Positions 13,681-26,233 of a DNA stretch of 64,000 nt are shown here, piece by piece. The notes beneath the pieces are model-generated. The model saw only the letters and a program-made list of their open reading frames with translations, was not told the origin of the DNA and ran no database searches. The translations under genes and the position numbers were made by a program. Position 1 is the first letter of the stretch. Each line of letters opens with the position of its first letter. The DNA comes from Basidiobolus meristosporus CBS 931.73. Lineage: Eukaryota; Fungi; Basidiobolomycota. The stretch covers positions 1 through 64,000 of the forward strand of contig MCFE01000061.1 of assembly GCA_002104905.1 (NCBI GenBank), written 5' to 3'.

Positions 13681-14214
13681 ATCTGCTGCCCTGTAATATG
13701 CTTTGGAGAGGCGAACTTGAAAATGCTTGATTAATTTCTGTCGTACCATCTTACACGCATTTTCAACTGTACATGCGTTCATGAATCCAGTACCTTAACA
13801 ACAAATCTATTGCATCGTTAGTTACTGAATAAATCCTGAAACTTCAAGCCTGAACTCGGTTTCCTGGAATTTAGTAGGCAAGAGGTAAATGGGGAAGTCG
13901 GTCCAGAGCCTCTGTGTGGAAAATCCTAGAATTGTTTGTCGATATGTGTAGACCACATGCTTCCTTTGTAGATCAGTATAGTATTAACGCGAGGTTGTTA
14001 CGAAAATGGTGGTTTCATAGCTGTACATACTAGATGGTGAAAAGACGTGCATACTTGCACATAGAAAATCTCTAGTCATGCACTAATGCTACACTACTTC
14101 TCACAACAGTGGAAGATATAAAGTGCACACCCGATTAGCAAGATCTCACACCTTCAGCCTTAGGTATTCCCCATTACACATCGTCCCTCCGCAAAGCCTC
14201 ACCTTGCCACAAAC

Positions 14215-14886
14215 ATGCTGTCCAAGTCTTTGATCACCCTCTCGGCCGCTACCTTGATGCTCTTCACGGGTGCTCAGGCTTTCTCTCCTCAACGACTCAT
14301 CTGCCTGGTCAACACCGAAAGACAGAACCAAGGGCTACGACCATTGGTGCTCAGCAGGTAGGCCTCTCGCTATTTGTGATGAGGAGCAGTGGCAATCAAT
14401 CAGTCACCCAAGAGCCCGGCTAACCCAATCCCCTCTGAAAGCGAGCTGAACGATGTTTGCTATCGTCACTCGATCATGCAGGCCCAGTACAACCGGATGA
14501 CCCACGACAGGTACGATCACTCGCCCATGGACAAGGCAATCAACGAGCATGGGTTGAAGTGGCTCCAGTATGGGGAGAATGTGGCCCGTGGGCAACAGAC
14601 CGAGGAGGTCGTGATGAATGTCTGGATGCACTCAGCACGTAAGTAGCCTTCGTTGTATATCACCACACTCCATTCGCCGAAAGCGCACCCTAACCAACTC
14701 CCATTCTCTTCTCACCACCCCACACCACCCCACACCATTGCCACCACAAACACTTCAGCACACCGTCGCAACATCCTCAATCCCACCTTCACCCACATGG
14801 GTGCAGCCCTGGCTCAACCCGGAAACTACTGGACCCAAGGGTTCGCCACCCTCCCCGGCACATGGAATGCACCCGTCTGCCCTTAG
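14215..14886 (+). CDS. Secreted CAP/SCP (PR-1-like) protein, copy 1; 3 exons, 155 aa
   Basis: Exons 14215-14357, 14442-14638 and 14759-14886. Signal peptide MLSKSLITLSAATLMLFTGAQA; CAP motifs CLVNTERQNQGL, MTHD, GENVARGQQTEEVVMNVWMHSAPHRRNILNPTFTHMG and YWTQGF. Confidence 0.9.
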
Positions 14887-15736
14887 TAGACTCGCCCAGG
14901 CCATCCTCACCCAACCCGACGAGCCCAAAGCTCAATGCCCATTCCCAATCAGTATATCCCCACTCAAATAGGTGGACAGTATCGTTATAGAACTCGGTTG
15001 TTAGGCCAAGCAACGAGGTTTTAGGCTCTTTGCAAGCCCCAAATCACAATAAAATTTGATGAGATTTCAGCAATGATATGATGTGTCATTTGTTGCTCTA
15101 CTTCAATATTTTAATATCGTCATCTTTCTTAGTCTTGTTATTGTGTTATACAAGGTCAACGAGACATCCGATTGAACACAATGCCCATATTAGGTAACAG
15201 TTGACCTTTAATTTTAGAGTTCATGCGATTAACTTTTATCATGTTTCATAATTCTCCAAGTTGCTTGCCACAATGTTGATATACTCCCCAGTAGCTTCAT
15301 AACATCGCAGCACCCCCACAGTCTTTTGATTCTCTACGCATAGCGCTCCACAAAGAATTCGATACGTAATTCAATCTAGCAGGAAATCTGAATCCACAAA
15401 TATGCTAGTAATGGGTTACGCCGCTAAAGACAAAGTAGCCTTTAATGAGCAAGTCCTCATGTTCTTGTTTGCCACCCCTTAAACTGAATATGGTAAGATA
15501 ATCTAACTCCCTCTGTAGAAGGTCATGTGTATGACAATTGGAAATATCACTGCTGAAATCTCATCAAATTTTATTGTGATTTGGGGCTTGCAAAGAGCCT
15601 AAAACCTCGTTGCTTGGCCTAACAACCGAGTTCTATAACGATACTGTCCACCTATTTGAGTGGGGATATACTGATTGGGAATGGGCATTGAGCTTTGGGC
15701 TCGTCGGGTTGGGTGAGGATGGCCTGGGCGAGTCTA

Positions 15737-16408
15737 CTAAGGGCAGACGGGTGCATTCCATGTGCCGGGGAGGGTGGCGAACCCTTGGGTCCAGTAGTTT
15801 CCGGGTTGAGCCAGGGCTGCACCCATGTGGGTGAAGGTGGGATTGAGGATGTTGCGACGGTGTGCTGAAGTGTTTGTGGTGGCAATGGTGTGGGGTGGTG
15901 TGGGGTGGTGAGAAGAGAATGGGAGTTGGTTAGGGTGCGCTTTCGGCGAATGGAGTGTGGTGATATACAACGAAGGCTACTTACGTGCTGAGTGCATCCA
16001 GACATTCATCACGACCTCCTCGGTCTGTTGCCCACGGGCCACATTCTCCCCATACTGGAGCCACTTCAACCCATGCTCGTTGATTGCCTTGTCCATGGGC
16101 GAGTGATCGTACCTGTCGTGGGTCATCCGGTTGTACTGGGCCTGCATGATCGAGTGACGATAGCAAACATCGTTCAGCTCGCTTTCAGAGGGGATTGGGT
16201 TAGCCGGGCTCTTGGGTGACTGATTGATTGCCACTGCTCCTCATCACAAATAGCGAGAGGCCTACCTGCTGAGCACCAATGGTCGTAGCCCTTGGTTCTG
16301 TCTTTCGGTGTTGACCAGGCAGATGAGTCGTTGAGGAGAGAAAGCCTGAGCACCCGTGAAGAGCATCAAGGTAGCGGCCGAGAGGGTGATCAAAGACTTG
16401 GACAGCAT
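15737..16408 (-). CDS. Secreted CAP/SCP protein, copy 2 (identical, convergent with copy 1)
   Basis: Reverse-complement mirror of 14215-14886, including both introns. Confidence 0.9.
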
Positions 16409-17050
16409 GTTTGTGGCAAGGTGAGGCTTTGCGGAGGGACGATGTGTAATGGGGAATACCTGAGGTTGAAGGTGTGAGATCTCGCTAACCAGGAAAGCAC
16501 TTTATATTGTCTACAATTTACGTAAATAATGTGAACAAGAATGTGTTTTCGAAGCTTATACTCAGCATGTAGATCAACATTTGTGCATCCTATGACACAC
16601 CGTCATATTGGAATATATACATTATTTGTAAGCATGACAATACAAATCAGTGATATACAGAGCTCTACCACCCTTGAACCTTTGCTTGCACGTGCTTCCA
16701 TTTCTAACATTCATCAAGACGTAATTCAAGTTTTGATCTTGATCATATTGACTGGCAGATCCAACATCCACTAGATAGCACATCTGCTGTAAACTAACGA
16801 ATCGAAACACGCGGTAGCCTCCTGGGTTTCCAAAGATCTGGCATCACATGTAACAGGTTAGCATTAAAATCGATTTTGATAAACTGCCAATCTAGGAGTT
16901 TTCTAAAACATCAATAGCATGTCCAAAAGAATGCATTTAGGATGATGAATATTTATTTTCTATTCCTTGGATGATTGGATATCTGAGTGCAAACGTGAAC
17001 AGGATCCGATAATTATTTAGTGGGGGCAGAGGAACACAGTGACACTGCCA

Positions 17051-18026
17051 TTATTTCTTTTCTTTGGCTTTACCATTAGCACCCAATCCAGGCTTATGAA
17101 ACAGCCCATCGAAAGTCTTCGGATGATCAAACTTTCCACGATGCTCCAAAACATATGCAAGACGCTTGCCCAGCACACGAAGATAATAATTCGAGTTATC
17201 CCCTAACCCATGCTCCCCTATGATCGACACATTTAGTCAAAACGAAGGAAACAAGACCAGAGCTGTTCTTACGAACCTTTGCCTGTGTACAATGGTTTGC
17301 GGGCGTAGATTTGACTCAAGGGATAAGTCTCTTGCTTATACCCGAAGATTCGAGGTGTGGTTAAGCGCATGGCCCTAGAATCTAAGAGCGTTGCTTTGAC
17401 AACGAATCTGAACAGAAACAAAGAATAAGCTAAAGTAAAGCATTAATCCACAGAGACAGAGAATTATACCGAGTGGAATAGAGGAAGAACAATCCGCCAA
17501 CTACAGTTCCCAGGCCTACTAAACCCGCTGCTGCTGCGCCACGTACTGCTGTAGGTGCAAGCTCATACTCCTCACTATCTCTGAAAATCAATCCATATCT
17601 TAGTGAATGTTAAGCAAATGAAGAATATTGGAAGCAATTACTCCTTCTTCACTCGCATATACGTCCAAGCTAAGTAGCCTATATTCCCCCTAGATAATGG
17701 TTCAGCTGGACTTTGCTTTACAAGGATTTACCAAAGAGACCCGATTTACCAAAAAATGACCTGCATGGCAGCTCCAGCATATAACATTCTGACAAATGTA
17801 GTGGATTCTGGGTGATTGAATATGACAACTTCTCTTCCCTGCCACCATTTAGGTACACCTTTGAGTGGGGGCAACTTGGACACTTGAACAACATTACGGG
17901 TTTGCAAATGGACTACGAAAGGGACAATTAATTTTCCGTACAGTATGGCAACGGGTTCTCTATGGACATACTCAACCCATTCAAAGGGCGTAAACCTAGG
18001 TTGCCTCTGAGGAATGTCTTCAACAT
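17051..18026 (-). CDS. TMEM223: TMEM223-family mitochondrial inner-membrane protein (multi-exon)
   Basis: Spliced reading: presequence MLKTFLRGNLGLRPLNGL; REVVIFNHPESTTFVRMLYAGAAMQVIFW; RGAAAAGLVGLGTVVGGLFFLYSTRFVVKATL; MRLTTPRIFG; LRVLGKRLAYVLEHRGKFDHPKTFDGLF. The order and pattern match the TMEM223 family as I recall it. All introns are GT-AG. Confidence 0.75.
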
Positions 18027-18620
18027 ATTTGACCAAAAATGCTAGAAAGGCAACTGTGCAGTTGGACGCGATGTGGAAAAGTCCCTCCAGGTGGTTGAGG
18101 ATTCTGGATGAAACCACAAATTTTTTCGAGGTTAAATCGAATTTAGTGGTTTTCCTGAAATCCCCCTAATTTAGTCAAATGATTGCCGGATCATTCTTCA
18201 GTAATATTAAATCAAATCTGTCAATTCGCCCATGCCATCGATTGATTCGTTTGCTATTTTAAGTGTTCTGGAGTGCATCATACTGGGATTCCATACCCGC
18301 TGTGTTACTGCTAGGCTGATTGTGGTGTTGGATTTGTAGAGTACATCAGGCGGACGCTAGAGTAGAAGCGGTTGATAGATGATGACATATCAAGTGGAAA
18401 AGCAATGTCACAACAGAGTAGGAAAGCGCGATTGTATAGGCTATTCACTAACTGGATGTTGGGGTGTGGGACTGGCACTTCCATGTGAAAGTTAGTGCTT
18501 GATAGGTTCCTTCTGGTAAACCAGCTTGTGTAACAATTCGAGGGATATCACGTGATTAGAGAATAGTACAAAGTCAACTATGACTTCCTGGGTTTATCGA
18601 CGTTACCAACAATATAGAAA

Positions 18621-21600
18621 ATGCAGTACGTGGGCAGAGTTTTAAATACTGTGACGGAGTTTTACAAGGAAATCAATCCGTCTACACTATCCGGAGCCAT
18701 CGACATCGTTGTCACTGAACAGCCCGATGGTGAGCTAGCTTGTTCACCCTTCCACGTTCGTTTCGGAAAACTTCAACTTCTGAGACCGCAAGATAAAAAG
18801 GTTTGAAGTCGTATTCAACTCATTGCTCCAGTTTTTCTGGCTACTTTTGGCTGTTGTTTCTACTCAAGAGATATTCATGTAAGATGTGGTTGTAGGTTGA
18901 GGTCTCAGTGAATGGGAAAATCATAAACTTCCCTATGAAAGTCGGTGATGCTGGTGAAGCTTTCTTCGTATTCGAAACAGAGGTGAATGGTTCATACTTC
19001 TTTATGGTTAGAGCATGAGTTTTACCTTCGTAATGTCCGTATTAGGATCCTGTTCCAGATGAATACAGTACTTCACCGCTAGTCGAAGCTATCGAAGGAG
19101 ATGAGGTAGTTTAGCATAGCCAAACACTCTAGAAGCGTTTCTGAACTGATGATGCTTTGTTAGGAACCCGAGTTTCTGGATATTGGACCTTCTACAGATC
19201 CTATCGCTGAAGACAACGGTACAATATTTGCGCATTGCTGCTTTCCTAATTGTTTTAGGTTATTTACCAGCTGTTCTCCATAGATACCGGATACGTGAGT
19301 GCCCATAGCGGACATGGTTCAGGTAAGGTTTTTGTTCCCTGTTTAGCAGGTGAATTTACTAAGCTTGCTCGGGTTAGATTTTGGCGAGGACGATAAATCT
19401 TCAAACTTGACCGCGCCACCAAGCCATGCGGCTGTCTCCTCGCCCGGATCATTGCTATTCGGAAATGGAAAGCCGGCTAAAGGTCAGAACAATTCTATTA
19501 TTAGCTCCAGTCTGGAAGAAAGATTCAGCAACACTGCTGTAAAAAGAATTCAAACTGACACGGAAATGAACTTGATTGCTCACACCGTTGAAACACTAAT
19601 AGAAGGCAAAACAGACGAAGCGGATCATCCTATTGTCAAAAATGAAGCGCATGGTAAGTGTGCCGATTGATCATTTTTGATTGGAAACGCACGTTCATTG
19701 AACTTTATCACTTCCAAAGACCATATCATTTTGGACACTGCTGGGTACAAGGCAGAAGATATGAAGAACATCCAGGAAGCCCTCCATAGCATGCCCTCCT
19801 TTGAGCAGCTCATGAAAGAGGCCGATGAGATGGAGCAAGCTGGCGAACCTGTTGAGCGAGAAATCAGTCAAGGCGAGCGCCCCAAGCCAGAGCGTATCAA
19901 TACAGGGAATGAGCCCGAAGAAATCCAAAGAAGATCCATCGTAAGCAACCAACCTTTCCGAAGTGTTGAAGAAATCGACAGAGACCGTGAAAAGGAACAG
20001 GCCGAAGAACTAGCTGTAAGGCGGGAATGCGAGCTGGGTCAGCAACAGGATATACTAAGCACCCCTACTAAATTGGCACATAGCAAGCAAGATGAATACA
20101 GCTCTGGTTTGCAACTTCATACTCCATTTTACAATGAAGTGGTTCTCACATTCATTGTCTAGAATCCCATGGACCTTTCTCTGATACAGAACTTGACTGC
20201 CCAGTGCACACCAATAAGACGTAAGTGGGCCATTTACTGAAGTTGAAGAGACCAAGGATGTAACGTTTCACCTAGACCAAGGAGGGATTCTGTTCGTCAA
20301 ACTCCGTTGAGTGATACTGAGCTTGATGTAAGTTGTCTGGGCGAAGAAAATATCCGGTCATTCGATCTCTAAATCAATGCTGGTTCTACATAGTACGAGT
20401 TTACGGAATCGTCTGGCGTCAACGCTTCTAACGAGTGGAGTTGGGGCTGGGAGGATCCCAAGCACGCCGAAAAAATCAGCGTGACCGATGCTGAGTTGAC
20501 CAGAAATAGCGCTCAGGAGGAGCAAGTTGGAATTGAGATTGAGGGGCAGCTGTACTCTCTTGAAATGTCATTATGCGGTGGCTACGAGGACTTTGGAAGA
20601 GATGAGGTAATCTCCATGCTAAGCTTCGAGATTTCAGCCATACCTTTTCATAACACATGATATTCCAACAGACGGGCAACCTAGTGCTATTCCACGACCA
20701 CATGGTTAGCTTTAAAGAGTTCTCCGAGAACCCGTCGATTGTCATTGACCCCAAGATGGTCTTCCGCTACGAGCATCGGTATGAGCATTCCACGTGCTGA
20801 TATCATTATGTACACTATTATTCTAACCAAGTTTCGTGCTAGCTATTACACTTGGCCAGCGATCGCTCCGTTGTTTATCTCACTTGTGGTTTTCCGACAG
20901 CCACTATCTGAGGAAGTGTTCAAACAGCATTTGGAGACCGTTGCTGGATTCGTATCGCCAAAGATGACCGCAAGCAAGGGTGCATCAGGTGCTACTGCCA
21001 GTGTCAAGAGAAGATACAGCTTTGCAGGCAGCATTCGCAACTGGTGGTCACGTTCTAGCCCCGAACCTACTAGTGACGATGATGATGATATGAAGGTCAC
21101 GCTTCCTGAAAAAGCCAAGGTAAAATTCTATCGCCGCCATCCAGATAAACACGGCGCATTAACTTCATTTCTAGACTTTCCCTGAGCCCGATACCTCCGC
21201 TCAGTTGGAGTCCGTTGTGACTCCACAAAAGAGATATGCCAAAACTCTAAGATTGACCTCAGAGCAGCTGGTATGTTGCCAGAATCTCTTCAGCCAGTGT
21301 GCTCGTGGACACACACTAATTGTTTTATTAGAAATCCCTCAACTTGGGATTCGGTGTGAATACCATCACCTTCTCTGTCTCAACGGGGCCACAGAGCAGA
21401 GCCTCATGTTCGTCAAGAATCTTCTTCTGGAAGTACGACACCAAGATTGTCATCTCAGATATCGACGGAACAATCACCAAGTAAGATAGGCTAACTTGAA
21501 GGGCCATCGAAAACCTGTGCTCATTCGTTTGCTAGATCTGATGCGTTAGGCCATCTGTTCACAATGGTTGGCAAAGATTGGACCCACAATGGAGTCGCGA

Positions 21601-22687
21601 AACTATACACGGATATTTCCAAGAATGGCTTCCAATTCTTGTATTTAACATCCAGAGCCATTGGGCAGGTAACGATATCAGAAATTATCCACCATCATAT
21701 AGGATCACATTGACCTAACCGTCTCACGCGTGCATATAGGCGGATACTACCAGGGATTATCTACGAAAGGTGGAGCAGGGGCCCTACCAACTACCCGAAG
21801 GCCCTGTCATCATGTCACCCGATAGATTGTTCACATCGCTGCATCGGTAAGTGTTGTAGTAAGAGAATATCTTCAGAAGGTGGTATCGGCTTACCTGTTT
21901 CAACGTCGTTCTCAAGGGAGGTCATTATGAGACAACCCCAAATCTTCAAAATGGCCTGTCTCCGCGATATCAAGCAACTTTTTGGGGAGCATAATCCTTT
22001 CTATGCTGGATTCGGAAATAGAATCACCGTAGGTTTTCCCATGCCAAGCTTCAAACCCCATGGTCTCTAACAGAAAGGCCTTTGTAGGACGCATTGTCGT
22101 ACAGAAGTGTAGATGTCCCGGTCTCCAGGATTTTCACCATCGAGTACTCCGGCGATCTCAAACTTGAACTTCTTGCTGGCTACAGATCATCGTTAGTACA
22201 ACCCCGATGGTGCTTCCAAATCCCAGCAATCATTAACATTTCCCTAAAACCCCGTAGGTACATCAAGCTCAACGATCTGGTGGACCAGATTTTCCCCCCT
22301 CAAACAACCGCTTTGGAGGCCGAGTATAATGACTGGAATTACTGGAAATCCGACTTGCCAGACATTGACATTCCAGAGCTGGATGAGCCTGCACCGCCTG
22401 CCTCTGAGCCACTTAAGCCGGAAAACAAGCGACTGGGTATGCTGCGAAGCCTGACCCGTATAGCCTCCCGCAGCACACTCTCACTGTACTCGAACAAATC
22501 GGACGAGGAGTACGAGAAGATGACCGATGCCGATGCTGACCTAGAGCACCACGAAGATGAAGAGGCGGATAATGAGGAAGAGCCCGATGTGGGAGCTGAT
22601 TTGATGCCCTCCGAAGAGAATTCTGAGAACGAGGATGCCGCCGATGACATGGTGGCATCCATTGATTTCAATGAATATCCCTACTAG
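18621..22687 (+). CDS. PAH1: Lipin / Mg2+-dependent phosphatidate phosphatase (multi-exon)
   Basis: NLIP domain MQYVGRV...[14 protein letters not shown]...[10 protein letters not shown]; catalytic DIDGT motif at 21458-21472 ([12 protein letters not shown]); [29 protein letters not shown]; acidic tail. Confidence 0.95.
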
Positions 22688-22702
22688 ATATCAAGCAATA
22701 GT

Positions 22703-22726
22703 CACCACCACCACCACCACCACCAC
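22703..22726 (+). repeat. (CAC)8 microsatellite just downstream of PAH1
   Basis: Direct reading: caccaccaccaccaccaccaccac. Confidence 0.85.
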
Positions 22727-23693
22727 CCCACCCCCAACATAATCAAGAGACGAATGTACCAACCATCTTTCCACCTCCCCTTCACCAACATCCAGCCTAG
22801 GTATTCATTTTGCACCGAACCGGACTGGTCTTCCACCATCAACATTTCAACCGGCACGGATTGGGTCCTCCCCAATCAATCATGTCCCTCACCCCTCCTA
22901 GCTCAATCTCGTAAGTTTCAAGTCAGTCCGGGCTCTTTCCCCTCAACATGGTTTCCATACTCCTCGCTCGAAATTTTTTGTCCCTGCAACGCTTCGGTAC
23001 GCCCGGTCCATTCTCCCACCGCCGCCACCCGGTCTTGGGCGACTTCGAGATGGTGAATAAATAGAATACTGTGAAGTAATTCAACGAGAGCAAGCAGAAT
23101 GCATCGATCAACGGGTCGGGGCGGTCAATTGAATCCCTATTTTATATGGTATATACAATAGTGTAACGAAGTTCAACTGACATCAAATACGAGTCGGGCT
23201 GGGCGATATGTGCAATATCACTACAGCGTGGGTGTGGAAAGGGAAGGGGAGGGGAGAGGGTAAGCTAAGGAAGAACAAATAATCAGAGCAACTGAAGCTC
23301 AGTGCATGTGACTAGCCAATTGAATTGCCTAGTTTGCTACAAAATTACCAACCACGATCTGTGGTCAAACAATGTCAGGGAAAGTGGGGTACTATTCAGA
23401 TGGTGGTGGAGATTGTATGCAATGAGCTTCATGGGCGAGGAGGGGGAGGGGGAGGGGAAGGGAAAGGGATGGGGGTAAGGGATCGAACGAAGTGCGACTA
23501 ACCTAGTTTGCTATTGAAGCAAGACTGCGGCCATCTCTACTTGCACGACATTCTTCACAAAGGGTCCTGCATAGAATCGGTGGTCTACTTGATCGTCTCG
23601 CTTGGTAAGAGGTGTCCTTGCGCGGCAGCACCTCAAGAATTAGGGCTGAAAATAGGAAAGATTCGCGATACGTTACTTTGCTCAGATGCACAG

Positions 23694-26233
23694 CTAGTAC
23701 CGGCCAGATTTACTTGGGGCCCGGTCTACATCGTAGTACCGGTGTTCGCTGGAGCCTCTTGGTGGCATTTGCGAAGACTGGTAGCCATAGTTTCTGGCTG
23801 GTTGTGAAGGTCGCATATTGGGGGAATATGCGGGCTGTGGGGGTGCCGATGCGGCGGTGTAAGACCCCGACACATAAGCGCTGGGGCTATCTCTATGATG
23901 CGAGGATCCATAAACACTCTCCGGTGAATATCCGGTGGTTGTCGCAGCAGAAACCGGGCGAGACGACACGGTTGGCCCCGAGAAGTGGCTATGCGGGGCC
24001 CCACTTGCTGGACGCTACAGGTCAAGGTGGCAACATGAGAGCCGGAAAATCAGTTGGGATAATTGGCCTACGACGTACCTCGCTGGATGAATAGTATGGA
24101 CCACCTGAGCTCTCCTGCATCTCATGTCTTCCCAGGCTCGATCGATATCCCGCCGGGGATGTGATGTACCTTGGGTCGCTGTGGGAATTACTTGTATATG
24201 AGGGTTGGGATGCAGTTGGGGGAGTCTGGCTATGTGGGTCGTGGGAGTGGTGATGATGGTAAGGATGCTGGTGTTGATGGGTGTGCGGGTGCTGATGGGC
24301 ATGTGGGCGTTGATGTTGGTGAGGATAGTGTTGGTGAGCTGCGTGGTTGTGCTGCGGTGTATGATTATGAGTAGGATGAGTGTGTTGGTGAGGAGTGTGT
24401 GCATGTTTTGAGTGGTCGTGATTATGCGGGAATGGGAAGGGATGGTTATGAGAATGAGTATGGGCTGAATGGCCATAATGGCTCAGTGGAGCAGAGGTGT
24501 CGGGTCTGTGCACAGAGGCGAGCTCTTTGGTCCCCAAGTTCTATGGAGCAACCAGGTAAATAAAGCGGTGGCTAGGGAGGAACATGGCATACATACCTTG
24601 TTTTGAAGTCGATCAGTGTATATCATGTACGCTATGTACGCGTGAGTAGCGTTTCTTTTGATTTTGGGATCTTGCTAGAAGAGGCGTTAGATATATTGTA
24701 CACCAAATGGGATCACAGTCGAGATACCACATACCATTGATTGAAACTTCTTTGAAAAGGTGTTTGGACCTTCCACTCGAAGTGGCTGATATGACGGCTA
24801 GAGCATACATCAGTATATGGCACTCACGAGAGTTGGAGAGCATCAGGTTACCTGGAAGTTACGGTACCCCGCGGGTGCTGTATTGCCTGGATGTGTTGAT
24901 TCGGATCCATATGCGCCAGGTTTGTATTGAGGAATGGGAGTTGACCTCGTTGACGTTACATCAGAAAGGTGGTAGGGCTCGCTGTATCTGCTACGTCCAG
25001 GGTATGCGCCATCCACCTGTAGGGTTGAAATTAGAAGCCAGGTCTGAACCACAGTTGCATCGCCATCGCTGTTCTGAGTAGTATAACTTACCTTCCCATC
25101 AATACTTGGTGTACTCGTGTACCCATCGTTGATATTATCTATAGAATCATCAGAGAATGAACCGAATCCAAGACAGGGAACCAGAACTTACTGCTGCGGC
25201 TTGTGGCAGAAGGGTCAAACATAGGCGTGTATTTTTTCTTGGATGGAGGCTCGGACTCGTTCAAAGGCCTTTTGCTGGGTCGGGCCAAGGCCTCACTCGT
25301 AACCTAGAAACGTCCACTATTAATACCTTGCCTGAGCAATGGCAGCTGACGGCCATTTGGTTCAGCAAAAGAATGGCTACTAACATCCTCCGACAACTCC
25401 TTGGCTCTACCACCAATATTTTCGTTACTTGGATACTAATCAACACAGATATGTTAGCGGTGACAATTATGGATCGGATGAAGTATATGTACCTACCGAA
25501 GGCCATGGGGCTGGCGGTGGACTTTCATTTGGCCGGTTCGAAGTTTCATCTGATGCAACCAATTTTAGAACAATGGCGTAGTAAAAACTAGAGAAGATTT
25601 ATGCGTACCTAGCAAGGCTGAAATCGACATAAAGCCGGTCTTCTTGTACGTATGGCTTTCTGTCTGGTACCGGCGATTCTCCGTCTGTGGTAGGGTCTGT
25701 AAGTCTACATTCAAAGTCGGGAAGTAGCACAGGGAAAATACCTGGTTCGATACAGGGGCCTCAACTCTGCCGGTAGCCAAGTCTGATAGAGAGGAGATGG
25801 CTGCGGCTGCAAGATCAGCAAGATTCTCGGCACCTGGAGTGGTGTCCTTTCTAGTAGCGGCCGCTTCATCTTGGGACTCTGGGAGTGGTTTGGGTTGCCC
25901 AAGATTAGCTATTGAAACCAGTATCGAACCTGCAGCGGCAGCCAGTGTATCTAATTTGGTACAATCTGAATCGATATTTTCGCGCATTGGTCGAATGGAA
26001 TGATCGGTCGAAATCCCGCAACCAACCGAGTTAAGGCTAGGAAAGCGGTTGTCATTCATCAAGGACGGCAAGGACACACTCTTTGTTGAGTTGAAATCCG
26101 AAGTGCTGGGTAAGTGGGAATGAGACACGGTGATGGGACTTTCGAACGGGGCTTTCTCAAGCTTATATTCAGTAATACTATGCTTCTCTTGATGGGGGTA
26201 AATAGCTGGTGCGGCACTTGCACTGGCAGGCAT
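23694..26233 (-). CDS. Uncharacterised largely disordered protein with a short helical motif and His-rich tract (multi-exon; 3' exon uncertain)
   Basis: ORFs 25565-26233, 24843-25052, 24022-24537 and 23694-23969 are linked by GT-AG introns. Contains MSISALL, basic SKRPLNESEPPSKKKY, the exon QDPKIKRNATHAYIAYMIYTDRLQNK and an HxH-rich tract. Confidence 0.7.

Larger units (their letters stand above)
14135..16488. repeat. Long inverted repeat: arms ~14135-15079 and ~15544-16488, spacer ~460 bp
   Basis: Positions pair with a constant sum of 30623. The ORF track gives identical translations in all frames of both arms. The only mismatches I found are at the outer and inner arm edges. Confidence 0.95.

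Noticed and set aside
14135-16488. Interpreting the inverted repeat as the TIRs of a transposon
   Set aside because: Each arm is a complete intron-containing host gene, the outer edges decay gradually, and there is no TSD or transposase.
23235-23480. Purine/G-rich tracts (G-quadruplex- or triplex-like) downstream of the orphan gene
   Set aside because: Low-complexity 3'-flank sequence with no further evidence of function.
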